Positions 28,072 through 38,167 of a stretch of DNA of 64,000 nucleotides are shown here, in pieces. How positions within the stretch are numbered: the first letter of the stretch is position 1; the number at the start of each line of letters is the position of its first letter. This stretch comes from Acidobacteriota bacterium (GTDB lineage: Bacteria; Acidobacteriota; UBA890; WLXD01), in contig CBDFKD010000002.1 of the NCBI GenBank assembly GCA_965248695.1, positions 4,544,001-4,608,000 on the forward strand. Reading direction: 5' to 3'. A program made the translations under genes and the position numbers. Under the pieces are notes generated by a model that was given only the letters and a program-made list of their open reading frames with translations, was not told the origin of the DNA and made no database searches.

Positions 28072-29673
28072 TTGCCAAGGCGCGCAATCGCCGCCCGGGA
28101 CCCTGGCGTACCAGCCCGACGGTCGCTGACCGCGACGACGCTCGCCGTCGTGATCGTCGCATCACTGAGCCATGAGGCCTGCGCGTTGGATCCCGGGTCT
28201 CCACAGTCTGCACCTTTCCAGCTGCTAGAGGCCACGGTCTCGGATTCGCAGGCGGCGATGTCGGCCGGCACGGTCACGGCGCGGGACCTCGTTGACGCGT
28301 ACCTGGCACGCATCGACGCCTACGATCAGTCAGGGCCGAGGCTCAACGCGATCATTGCCGTCAACCCGAACGCGGGTGCCGAAGCGGACGCGCTCGACGA
28401 GGAGCGGGCACAGCGTGGCGCGCGTGGACCGTTGCACGGTATCCCGGTGATTCTGAAGGACAACTTCGACACCTTCGACATGCCGACGACAGCGGCATCC
28501 AAGGCCCTGGAAGGGTCGATGCCGCCCGACGACGCGTTCCAGGTTCGCCGCCTGCGCGAGGCCGGCGCCATTATCCTCGCCAAGGCCAACATGCACGAGC
28601 TGGCGTGGGACTGGGAGACCTTCAGCTCGCTCGGTGGGCAGACCCTGAACCCGTACGACCTGGGCCGCAATCCTGGAGGCTCCAGCGGCGGAACGGGTGC
28701 AGCGATCACCGCCAACTTCGGTGCCTTCGGAATGGGTACCGACACCTGCGGGTCGATTCGCGTGCCCGCGTCTCACAACAACCTCGTCGGCATCCGACCG
28801 ACGCGCGGCCTGTCGAGCGTAGACGGGATCGTCCCACTTGCCCTGACGCAGGATACCGCCGGGCCGCTGGCGCGGACGGTGGAAGACGCGGCCCTGGCGC
28901 TCGACGCTACGGCCGGCTTCGATCTCGCGGATCCAGTGACGGCGCTCGGGGTCGGGAACGTCCCCGAGTCCTACGCCGCTGCACTAGACGCCGAGGCGTT
29001 GGACGACGCCAGAATAGGGCTCTTCGAGACCCTGTTTGCCGGCTCGGAGGCCGCGGCAGAGGTCAACGCCATCGTTCGCCGTGCCGCGGACGATATGGCG
29101 TTGCGCGGCGCAGAGATTGTTGCAGTCGACAGTCCCACGATCGCCGCGGTGCTGGCGATGCCCGACCTCACGATCGACGAGTTCCGGGCTCACCTCGACG
29201 GCTACCTGGCCGCCACTCCGGACGCGCCGGTCAGGACCTTGCGCGAGATCGTCGAGTCCGGGCTGTTCCACCCCGGCGTCGGCGACTATCTCCAACAGTC
29301 TCTCGACTCGGAGGCGCTCGACAGCGAGGAATACAAGGACAAGTTGCTGCGTCGCCGTGACCTACGCGTCGAGATCGTGTCGCTGATGGCGGTTCACGAG
29401 CTCGACGCGCTGCTTTATCCGACGGTCAACGAGCCCCCCGCCGTTCTCGGTGAGGAGCAGCGTGGCGCGATGCCCAACTGTGACCTCAGCGCCCGTTCCG
29501 GCCTGCCGGCGATCACGGTGCCGGCCGGGTTCACAGCCGCCGGATTGCCAATTGGCGTCGAGCTACTGGGGCGCGCCTTTGATGAGGCCAGGCTGATCGG
29601 GTTGGCCTACGCGTTCGAGCAGGCCACGCACCATCGGCGTCCACCAGACACAACACCGGCCTTGAGGCCGTAG
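28072..29673 (+). CDS. Secreted amidase-signature family protein
   Basis: GPLHGIPVILKDN, PGGSSGGTG, GTDTCGSIRVP, GLPIGVELLG; start uncertain. Confidence 0.9.
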   Translation: MPRRAIAARDPGVPARRSLTATTLAVVIVASLSHEACALDPGSPQSAPFQLLEATVSDSQAAMSAGTVTARDLVDAYLARIDAYDQSGPRLNAIIAVNPNAGAEADALDEERAQRGARGPLHGIPVILKDNFDTFDMPTTAASKALEGSMPPDDAFQVRRLREAGAIILAKANMHELAWDWETFSSLGGQTLNPYDLGRNPGGSSGGTGAAITANFGAFGMGTDTCGSIRVPASHNNLVGIRPTRGLSSVDGIVPLALTQDTAGPLARTVEDAALALDATAGFDLADPVTALGVGNVPESYAAALDAEALDDARIGLFETLFAGSEAAAEVNAIVRRAADDMALRGAEIVAVDSPTIAAVLAMPDLTIDEFRAHLDGYLAATPDAPVRTLREIVESGLFHPGVGDYLQQSLDSEALDSEEYKDKLLRRRDLRVEIVSLMAVHELDALLYPTVNEPPAVLGEEQRGAMPNCDLSARSGLPAITVPAGFTAAGLPIGVELLGRAFDEARLIGLAYAFEQATHHRRPPDTTPALRP

Positions 29674-29695
29674 GCCCGAAATCCGAGGAGGATCC

Positions 29696-30586
29696 ATGCG
29701 AAGAGAAGCCGTGCTGATGGTCGGGCTTACGTTGATTGCCGTTCCGGCGGCGGCCCAGGAGGAAGATTTCGACGCGGTGCAGATCGGTACGACGCGGCTC
29801 AGCGACTCGATCTACATGCTCGAGGGAAGCGGCGGCAACATCGGCGTCTGCATCGGCGACGACGGTACCTTCATCGTCGATGACCAGTTCGCCCCGTTGA
29901 CCGACAAGATCACCGCAGCGATCGCCGCGCTCACCGATCGACCGGTGGAGTTCGTCATCAACACGCACTGGCACTACGACCACACCGACGGCAACGAGAA
30001 CTTCGGCGAGGCGGGGGCGTTGATCGTCTCCCACGAGAACAGCCGCCGGCGCATGGAGGCCGACCAGTTCCTCGAGCTGTTCGGTCGACCGCAGCCGGCG
30101 TACTCGGCCGTCGGTCTGCCGAAGATCACCTTCACGCGCTCGATGAGCCTCTACCTCAACGGTGAGAAGATCGACGTCTTTCACCGTGGCGCGGCGCACA
30201 CGGACGGAGACGCGGTGATCTACTTCCGTACCTCCAACATCGTCCACTCGGGCGACGTGTTCGTGCGCTACGGATTTCCGTACATCGATCAGCCCAACGG
30301 TGGCTCGATCCAGGGGATGATCCGAACCGTCGACTATCTCGCCAGTATCACCGATGACGAAACGAAGTTCATTCCTGGCCATGGGCAGCTCTCGACCCGG
30401 GACGATCTGCTCGCTTACGGTGCCATGCTACGGACGATCCGGGACCGCGTGCAGGCATTGATCAACCAGGGCCGGTCGCTTGAGCAAGTGATTGCGGCTG
30501 ACCCGACGCGAGGTTACGAGGAGCGCGGCACTGGCAGGGCGGATTTCGCCAAGATCGTCTACGACAGTCTCGGCGGCGGGCAATAG
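29696..30586 (+). CDS. Secreted MBL-fold metallohydrolase (cyclase-like)
   Basis: GAGGAGG RBS, signal peptide, NTHWHYDHTDGN, AHTDGD, HSGD, IPGHG. Confidence 0.92.
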   Translation: MRREAVLMVGLTLIAVPAAAQEEDFDAVQIGTTRLSDSIYMLEGSGGNIGVCIGDDGTFIVDDQFAPLTDKITAAIAALTDRPVEFVINTHWHYDHTDGNENFGEAGALIVSHENSRRRMEADQFLELFGRPQPAYSAVGLPKITFTRSMSLYLNGEKIDVFHRGAAHTDGDAVIYFRTSNIVHSGDVFVRYGFPYIDQPNGGSIQGMIRTVDYLASITDDETKFIPGHGQLSTRDDLLAYGAMLRTIRDRVQALINQGRSLEQVIAADPTRGYEERGTGRADFAKIVYDSLGGGQ

Positions 30587-30629
30587 CGCTCGGGCCGGAC
30601 AGAGCCCGGTGCGCGGGTCGTGGCCGCCC

Positions 30630-32015
30630 CTAGATCAACCAGTGCGCCGCGATGGCCAGCATCGGCAGCGCGATGACAGTGCGTAGGCAGAAGATGCTGA
30701 TCAGCTGACCCAGCGACAGCGGGATGCTGGAGTTCAGTATGAGCACAGCGGATTCTGCAAAGAAGATCAGCTGAGTAACGGAAAGCCCGGCCAGCAGGAA
30801 GCTCGCGGTCTGATTGTCGATGGTGCCGGCGATAAGCGCCGGCACGAACTGATCCAGCAGCCCGACGACTACGCCGGGGGCCGCCGCCGCGGCCTCAGGA
30901 ATCTGCAACAGGCTCAACAGAGGAATCAACGGCTGGGTCAGCAACTGCAGGACCCGCGTATGGTGATAGGCCACCAGCGCGATGAACTCGATCGCCATCG
31001 CCGCGGGCATCATGGTGAAGAAGATATCGAAGAGAACCTTCAGGCTGCGTTTGAGCATCGCCACCGGGCGCGGGGCATTACGGGCTCGCGTGACCGACTG
31101 CTGCACCGCCCAGGCGAATGGCGAGCTGCTGCTGGTCTCCTCGTGGATCTGGCGACCGACAGGCGCGTAGTAGGTATCCGGGAGCCGCGACAGCGGCGGG
31201 AGACGTGGCGTGATCAGGGCGCACGTCAGCCCGACGACGACCATCGACGCGTAGAGTGGGACAAAGTGTTCGCCGATGCCGGCGACCTGCGAGATGAGCA
31301 CCACGAACGGAATGGACACGACTGAGAAGTTCGTCGAGATTACCGCCGCCTCGCGTTCAGAGTAGAAACCCGACTCGTACTGCCGCACGGTTACCAGTAT
31401 TGCCACGCTGGAGGCGCCGACCCACGACGCCAGCGTATCGACCGTGGCGCGGCCGGGGAGGTTGAACATGCGCTTGAACGGTCTGCGCATCAGCGTGCCG
31501 ACGAACTCCAGCAGACCGAACTCGGTGAGAAACGGAAGCAGCAGGCAGGCAACGCCGATGATCAGGAAAATAAGGCCGCCGATCTCGACGTAGGCCGTAC
31601 CCCCGGTCTCGGCGCTATGGACCCAGGCGGGGCCGAGCGTGAGGGCCGTCATCGGCGCACCGATTCCGGCGACCACCCGCAAGGTGAGCCAGACCCCGTT
31701 GGTCTCGAAGACTTCGTGCAGATACGGGAATCGCGTGGCGAGGCTTCGCGGACCGAGCGTGAAAGCCACCGACAGCAGCGCTCCGGTCAGGAAGATGGGT
31801 GTCGTGAACCAGGCCATTCGGTCGCCGATGAGGGCTTGCAGCGTCGAGGTGATCACCCCCATCACGATGGTGACGTCGCCGCCATATCGAAGTGGCACCA
31901 GGAACAACGCCACGCCGATAGCAGACGGCAGCGCCACGCGCAGGTAGTCCCTCGGAGTGGCCTGCGCCAGTTGACTGACCGGTATGGGCGCCTGATCTCT
32001 CATCCGCTCATCCAA
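30630..32015 (-). CDS. YjiH-family (nucleoside-recognition gate domain) membrane transporter
   Basis: Multi-TM; FGLLEFVGTLM...FNLPGRATVDTLASWVG, YESGFYSEREAAVISTNFSVVS. Confidence 0.85.
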   Translation of the reverse strand: MDERMRDQAPIPVSQLAQATPRDYLRVALPSAIGVALFLVPLRYGGDVTIVMGVITSTLQALIGDRMAWFTTPIFLTGALLSVAFTLGPRSLATRFPYLHEVFETNGVWLTLRVVAGIGAPMTALTLGPAWVHSAETGGTAYVEIGGLIFLIIGVACLLLPFLTEFGLLEFVGTLMRRPFKRMFNLPGRATVDTLASWVGASSVAILVTVRQYESGFYSEREAAVISTNFSVVSIPFVVLISQVAGIGEHFVPLYASMVVVGLTCALITPRLPPLSRLPDTYYAPVGRQIHEETSSSSPFAWAVQQSVTRARNAPRPVAMLKRSLKVLFDIFFTMMPAAMAIEFIALVAYHHTRVLQLLTQPLIPLLSLLQIPEAAAAAPGVVVGLLDQFVPALIAGTIDNQTASFLLAGLSVTQLIFFAESAVLILNSSIPLSLGQLISIFCLRTVIALPMLAIAAHWLI

Positions 32016-32205
32016 CTGAGTCCGGCTTGCCGACGACCGAATAGGGACCTACTGTCGGGGAAGACGTCACGTCATTCACGATCCGCCGGGCCTCGGAGCG
32101 CGTGAAGCCTATCGTCACAAGGCTTTGCGATCCAACACAGAGGCGCGGCAGCGAGGCCGACCATTGAAGCTCTCGAGCCGACGTTTTGCTGCATGTCCCA
32201 ACGGC

Positions 32206-34569
32206 GTGCTGATTCTCACACTGCTGATCGCGTTGCTGGCGCCGGCGGCGCCCGCGGAGGCCCAGTTCAGCTTCGGTCGCACGGTCGCGGCGCTGGAAGA
32301 GGAGGTCCTCGTCGGGGAGCCAGGCAACCGCATCGCCCCCGGCTTCGTGTACGTGTATCGCGCTGATGCCGGTAGCTGGCTGGAAGTGCAGCGTCTGACG
32401 CGCTCGGGAGCGACCAACGGTGATGCCTTCGGGCAGGCGATCGTGACCGACGGCGACATACTGATGGTAGGTGCCTCTCCGGACGGCAACGGAGCCGTCT
32501 ACGTGTTCGAGCGGGGCGATGCCGGTTGGACCCAGATTGGTCGCTTCGAGAGCCACGGGGGCGACACGGATGACGGCTTCGGTGCGTCGGTGGCATTCAG
32601 CGGCGACGTGGCCCTCGTGGGCGCGGCCGCCAGCGGCGACGAGACCGGTGCGGCGTACCTGTTCAGCCGCCAGGGCAGCAGCTGGCAGCTCCTGCAGGCG
32701 CTGATACCGGACGAGCCTGCCGAGAACGAAGACGAGGACGGGGAGCAGGACGATGACGCCGCGCCGACGACGCGATTCGGCGCCGCGGTGGCTATCGACG
32801 GCGACTGGGCGCTGGTGGGCGCACCTGGCGAGTCGGTTACAGGAACCGTCTACGTGTTTCAACGAGCCGAAGACGGCTGGGACTACTTCGACACTCTCGC
32901 GCCCACGAATCCGGACGACGACGGGGGCTTCGGATCAACGATCGTGGTAACCGAAGGCATCGCCCTCATCGGGGAGGTCGGCGACGGCGCGATCGGTGCG
33001 GTGCACGTGTACATCCTCGACGAGGAGGACAACGGCTGGGTCGCCGACGGTATCCTGCGGCCGTTCGACGGGAGGTCCGGCGATGCGTTCGGCACTGCCA
33101 TCGCGGTCGGTGACGATGAGTTGCTGGTAGGGTCCCCGGGGGCCGATGACGATGGTCGCATCTATCGCTTCGGCTTCGACGAGGATGAGGGGACGTGGAC
33201 CAGCTCCGCCAAGCTGGGAACGTCGGCGCTGGGTTTCCGGGCGGCGTTCGCCTCGGCCCTGGCCGTTAGCGGCGACCTTGTAGTGGCCGGAGTACCCGAA
33301 GACGACCTCGGCGCGGGCTCCGCGGTCATCATGCAGCGCTCTATGGGTGGATGGGACCGTACCCGCGTGCTCAGCGAAGCGCTCGCCTTCGACCCTGTGG
33401 TCGGGGGGGCCGTGGAGTGCGTCGACGGGCTGGCGGGCCTGTTTCCTTGCGAAAATTTCGACCTGATCTCTTTCCTGCCCAATCACACGATCGGCGGCAA
33501 GCGTGGCGCCTGGGCCAACGACGTCTGGGGCTGGAAGGATCCGGAGACCGGTCACGAGTACGCCCTGGTAGGCCTCTCAGGACGCACGTCGTTCGTCGAT
33601 GTGACCGATCCGCACAACCCTGTTTACGTCGGCAACCTGCCCAAGACCGCGGGCTCGCCGGATAGCTACTGGCGCGATATCAAGGTGTACGCAGACCATG
33701 CGTTCATCGTTGCGGACGCCGCCGAGGAACACGGCGTTCAGATCTTCGACTTGGGGCACCTGCGCGAATATGACGGCACGCCCATCGTTTTCAGCGCCGA
33801 CACTCAGTACGACCGCATCAACAGCGCCCACAACATCGTCATCAACGAGGAGAGCGCCTTTGCCTACGTAGTGGGCGCTAGCGGCGGCGGCGAGACCTGT
33901 GGCGGCGGCCTGCACATGATCAACATCGAGGATCCGAAGCAGCCGATCTTCGTCGGGTGCTTTTCCGACGTCAGTACCGGGCGCGCCAGCACCGGGTACT
34001 CGCACGACGCCCAGTGTGTGGTCTACGAAGGACCGGACGAGCAATACGCCGGCCGCGAGATCTGCTTCGGGTCCAACGAGACGGCGGTCAGCATCGCCGA
34101 CGTAACCAACAAGCGAAACCCGGTGGCGGTCTCATTGGCGACCTATCCGAATGTCGGCTACACCCATCAGGGATGGTTGACTGAGGATCACCGCTTCTTC
34201 TACATGAACGATGAGCTCGACGAGGCAGCCGGGACGGTCGACGGTACCCGCACGCTGATCTTCGACGTGCAGGAGCTCGATGATCCGATCCTGGTCGACG
34301 AGTACATCCACGATACGGACGCGATCGACCACAACCTCTACATCGTCGGCGACCGGATGTACCAGTCGAACTACAACGCCGGGCTGCGCGTGCTCGACGT
34401 CAGCGATCCCGAGAACCCGGAGATGGCAGGCTACTTCGACACCGTTCCGTGGGACGAGGACGAGGCGGAGTACTCGAGCTTCTCGTGGAGCAACTACCCG
34501 TTCTTCGAAAGTGGCTACGTGCTCGTGACCAGCATTCGTGAGGGATTGTTCATCGTCAAGGAGCGCTAG
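32206..34569 (+). CDS. Secreted FG-GAP repeat protein with C-terminal choice-of-anchor B (LVIVD-repeat) domain
   Basis: Repeated FGxxVAxxGDxxLVGAP units; NDVWGWKDPETGHEYAL, WRDIKVY, HDAQCV, YTHQGWLTEDH, DHNLYI, WSNYPFF; start uncertain. Confidence 0.88.
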   Translation: MLILTLLIALLAPAAPAEAQFSFGRTVAALEEEVLVGEPGNRIAPGFVYVYRADAGSWLEVQRLTRSGATNGDAFGQAIVTDGDILMVGASPDGNGAVYVFERGDAGWTQIGRFESHGGDTDDGFGASVAFSGDVALVGAAASGDETGAAYLFSRQGSSWQLLQALIPDEPAENEDEDGEQDDDAAPTTRFGAAVAIDGDWALVGAPGESVTGTVYVFQRAEDGWDYFDTLAPTNPDDDGGFGSTIVVTEGIALIGEVGDGAIGAVHVYILDEEDNGWVADGILRPFDGRSGDAFGTAIAVGDDELLVGSPGADDDGRIYRFGFDEDEGTWTSSAKLGTSALGFRAAFASALAVSGDLVVAGVPEDDLGAGSAVIMQRSMGGWDRTRVLSEALAFDPVVGGAVECVDGLAGLFPCENFDLISFLPNHTIGGKRGAWANDVWGWKDPETGHEYALVGLSGRTSFVDVTDPHNPVYVGNLPKTAGSPDSYWRDIKVYADHAFIVADAAEEHGVQIFDLGHLREYDGTPIVFSADTQYDRINSAHNIVINEESAFAYVVGASGGGETCGGGLHMINIEDPKQPIFVGCFSDVSTGRASTGYSHDAQCVVYEGPDEQYAGREICFGSNETAVSIADVTNKRNPVAVSLATYPNVGYTHQGWLTEDHRFFYMNDELDEAAGTVDGTRTLIFDVQELDDPILVDEYIHDTDAIDHNLYIVGDRMYQSNYNAGLRVLDVSDPENPEMAGYFDTVPWDEDEAEYSSFSWSNYPFFESGYVLVTSIREGLFIVKER

Positions 34570-34570
34570 C

Positions 34571-34597
34571 CGGGTGCGCACATCTGGTGCGCACCCG
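34571..34597. terminator. GC-rich hairpin between convergent genes (possible terminator or REP-like element)
   Basis: CGGGTGCGCAC-ATCTG-GTGCGCACCCG, 11-bp stem 2 nt after a stop codon; no U-tract. Confidence 0.45.
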
Positions 34598-34654
34598 AAC
34601 AGCATCTCCGAACGAATCGGCCCCGGGCCGTTGTCGCCCCTGGAGCAGGAGTCG

Positions 34655-35989
34655 CTAGGCGACCACTAGCAGGTCAGCCGAAGTCATCGACAACCGTCGG
34701 CACCTATCGGTCTCGTGCACGAACGTGTCGATGAGCGCCGTGCTACCGGTTGAGTAGCTCTCGAAGTTGAACACCTGGCGTTCGGGGATGATCCACTCGC
34801 TCGTGTCCTCTTCGCCGACGCTGAAGCTCCACCAGCCGACCCAGTCCGGCGGGAAGCTGATGCCGAGCTCGTAGCCGCCGGTGAAGCCGCTGATCTCGCC
34901 GCGCTGACGCATCTGCCAGGCGCCCGTGTCCAGGTAGAACTCGCGCATGACCTTGGTGAGGTCCCTGAGCGGCATGCCGGCGCGCGCGTGAGCGGCGAGT
35001 GTTTCCATCGCCCGCCCGTTCATGTGGTAAAGGTCGGCCAGCTTCTTTGGCGGATCGCCAACGAAGAAGCCGCGGGCGGTGTTGGAGTGGTAGCGGTTCT
35101 TGACGCCGCAGATATCGCAGATGACGTGATCACCCATCTGCACCACGCGCTCCGAGGCGATGCCGTGCAGGAACGACGCGCCGCCCACCTTGATGGACGA
35201 CAGCAACCCCGACATGCCGCCGCCGGCTCGGGTCATGGCGCGTACCATCTCGCCGTAGACCTCGAGCTCGGTGACACCCGGCTGCAAGTGTTCCATGATC
35301 GCCTGCAGGCCGATGTCGCAGATGCGTGCCGCCTCGATTATGACGTCGATCTCGGCGGGTGACTTCAGCAGCTTCACATCGGCCATGATGTCGGAGGCAT
35401 CCTTGAGCGCGCAGCCGCGCGCCTCGAACACCGTCTCGAGCTGTCTCATTCGCGCCGGCACCGGCCGGTAGCTGAAGTACTGCAAACCGACGGTGCCGTT
35501 GAGCCAGCCGGCGGCCTCGAGCTCCATGGCGTGCCCTTCATACGGGCGCCCGCCGCCGCTCTGTGGGCGTCGGACATCGGTGGCTCCCGAGGTGGCCGCC
35601 ATCAGGTCGTCGTGGCTGTCGAAGTGGATGAGCGTGTCATGGTCGACATGCACGGCGCTAATCGAGTTCATCCCCCACGCCTTGGGGCCGTTCTGCTGGA
35701 ACCAGTTGAGCTCGATCCCGTGCAGATAGCACATGTCCTCGGGCATGGTGACGAACAGCATGTCGATGTTGTCCTTCGCCATGCGCTCGCGAACGCGGTT
35801 GAGCCGATCCTGGTATTCGGCCTTCGAGAATGGCGGTGGTGGGTGCTCACCAACGGTCGCTCCCGGAGCGACCTTGCGAGGCGTGAAACCGCCCGTGGTG
35901 GCGTTCGCAGAACCAGCGGCGAGCAGGCCGGCGGCAGAGGCCGCCGAGGTCGCCATGAAGTTGCGTCGATTCAGCTCCGGGTTCTTCAT
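34655..35989 (-). CDS. Tat-exported M24/creatinase-family hydrolase (ectoine-hydrolase-like)
   Basis: GGAGGAG RBS; LNRRNFMA Tat motif; FSKAEYQDRLNRVRERM, KSPAEI, RYHSNTAR, GYELGISFPPDW. Confidence 0.82.
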   Translation of the reverse strand: MKNPELNRRNFMATSAASAAGLLAAGSANATTGGFTPRKVAPGATVGEHPPPPFSKAEYQDRLNRVRERMAKDNIDMLFVTMPEDMCYLHGIELNWFQQNGPKAWGMNSISAVHVDHDTLIHFDSHDDLMAATSGATDVRRPQSGGGRPYEGHAMELEAAGWLNGTVGLQYFSYRPVPARMRQLETVFEARGCALKDASDIMADVKLLKSPAEIDVIIEAARICDIGLQAIMEHLQPGVTELEVYGEMVRAMTRAGGGMSGLLSSIKVGGASFLHGIASERVVQMGDHVICDICGVKNRYHSNTARGFFVGDPPKKLADLYHMNGRAMETLAAHARAGMPLRDLTKVMREFYLDTGAWQMRQRGEISGFTGGYELGISFPPDWVGWWSFSVGEEDTSEWIIPERQVFNFESYSTGSTALIDTFVHETDRCRRLSMTSADLLVVA

Positions 35990-36178
35990 CGGTCTCCTCC
36001 GAGGCGGTGGTCGCCTAGATCGCATCAGCTGTTCGCGGCGGCGACCGCCCCGCGATGGGGGGCGTCGACACGCTTGGCGCGACACTACCTCTGGAACGAC
36101 GGCTTTTCCACCGGAACCGAGGAAGCGTAGAGGGTTATTCGATCCGCAAGCTCGACCCCGGAACCATTTCGCCCGGCG

Positions 36179-36565
36179 CTACTTTTGGCCCAACGCCACC
36201 AGGATCACGTCGCGCACGTCGAATACCAGCGAGATGAAGATCGTCGCCACCAGCAAGAGCACCCAGATGCCGTAGGGGCTTCCGACCTTGAACTCGTCGG
36301 TCCGCACCTCGCTCTTCACCATGTAAACCAGCAAGGGTGTCCACAGAATGAGGTGGGTGATCCCCAACAGGTGCACCGCACCGGTGAGCGCGAAGATCGC
36401 CAGGCCGAGCGGCATCGTGAGCACCATCACCGCGAGCACCCAGCGCGCCGCCTTATGTGTCCAGACGAACAGCAGCGACACTAGGAAGCAGATGGTCATC
36501 CAGTTGAGCCAGGCCTGGACCGCCGGGGAGAGCATCTCCATCTGGGCCTGCATGTCAGCGAGCAT
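36179..36565 (-). CDS. Hypothetical four-TM membrane protein
   Basis: GGAGG RBS; hydrophobic helices; HLLGITHLILWTPL...ISLVFDVRD. Confidence 0.75.
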   Translation of the reverse strand: MLADMQAQMEMLSPAVQAWLNWMTICFLVSLLFVWTHKAARWVLAVMVLTMPLGLAIFALTGAVHLLGITHLILWTPLLVYMVKSEVRTDEFKVGSPYGIWVLLLVATIFISLVFDVRDVILVALGQK

Positions 36566-36774
36566 TCAGGGAACCTCCGGTGTCGGGGCCGGCTCGAAGC
36601 GAACGCCGGGAGCCCAGGCGGATCTGCTACGCCGGTCGGCTACGCAACGGACTCTACCGCAGCACGCTTGGACGGACACGGTACAAGTTGGATGATGGGA
36701 AGCGATCTGGACCCCCCGCACGTCGGTAGCCCGGACATGCCGGTCTACGGTTTGCCAGAAAGAGGGAACGCTAC

Positions 36775-37605
<831 letters not shown>

Positions 37606-37618
37606 GAGGGTTTCGATC

Positions 37619-38155
37619 ATGACGCGAGTGGTCCGCGTTCCGCTAAGACGACTGGTACCCGAGAACGTCGAGGGCTTCGGAGAGGTCATCCGCGACCTTG
37701 ACGATGTGTGCCCGGTCGTTCGCGAAGGCGAGATGGTGTGCGATCGCATGGAGATGGTGCGTCGTGACGACGAGATCTACTCCACCAACCTCGCGGTCGG
37801 CGACGAAGGTGTGGTGGCCACGGTTGTCGATGGTGCGGCGCGCGTCAGCCACGTCAACTACCACGGCGACGCCACGCAGGCGTTCATCGCTGCCGATCGC
37901 CGGCCGACCATCTTCTTGCTCGCCAAGCCGACCGACGACCTGCAGCCGGAGGACTTCGTGGCGTTCTACTCCGACGGCTCGGTCGGCATGAGCATGCTTC
38001 CCGACGTCTGGCACACCTCGCCGTTGCCGGTGGAAGGCAGCCAGTCGTACGAGAACACGCAGGGTAACGGCTATCACCACGCCACCGTCGAGCACGAGTT
38101 TCTCGACCAGGGCGTGGTGCTGGCGGTGCCGCTTCAGGCACCGGAAGACCAGTAG
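37619..38155 (+). CDS. Ureidoglycolate lyase-like cupin
   Basis: FGEVI, NYHGDATQAF, PEDFVAFYSDG...PDVWH. Confidence 0.65.
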   Translation: MTRVVRVPLRRLVPENVEGFGEVIRDLDDVCPVVREGEMVCDRMEMVRRDDEIYSTNLAVGDEGVVATVVDGAARVSHVNYHGDATQAFIAADRRPTIFLLAKPTDDLQPEDFVAFYSDGSVGMSMLPDVWHTSPLPVEGSQSYENTQGNGYHHATVEHEFLDQGVVLAVPLQAPEDQ

Positions 38156-38167
38156 GCCGACATCGCG

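Noticed and set aside
32206-33330. Repeated sequence units in FG-GAP proteins (also 63000-64000) as DNA repeats
   Set aside because: They are ordinary degenerate beta-propeller protein repeats.
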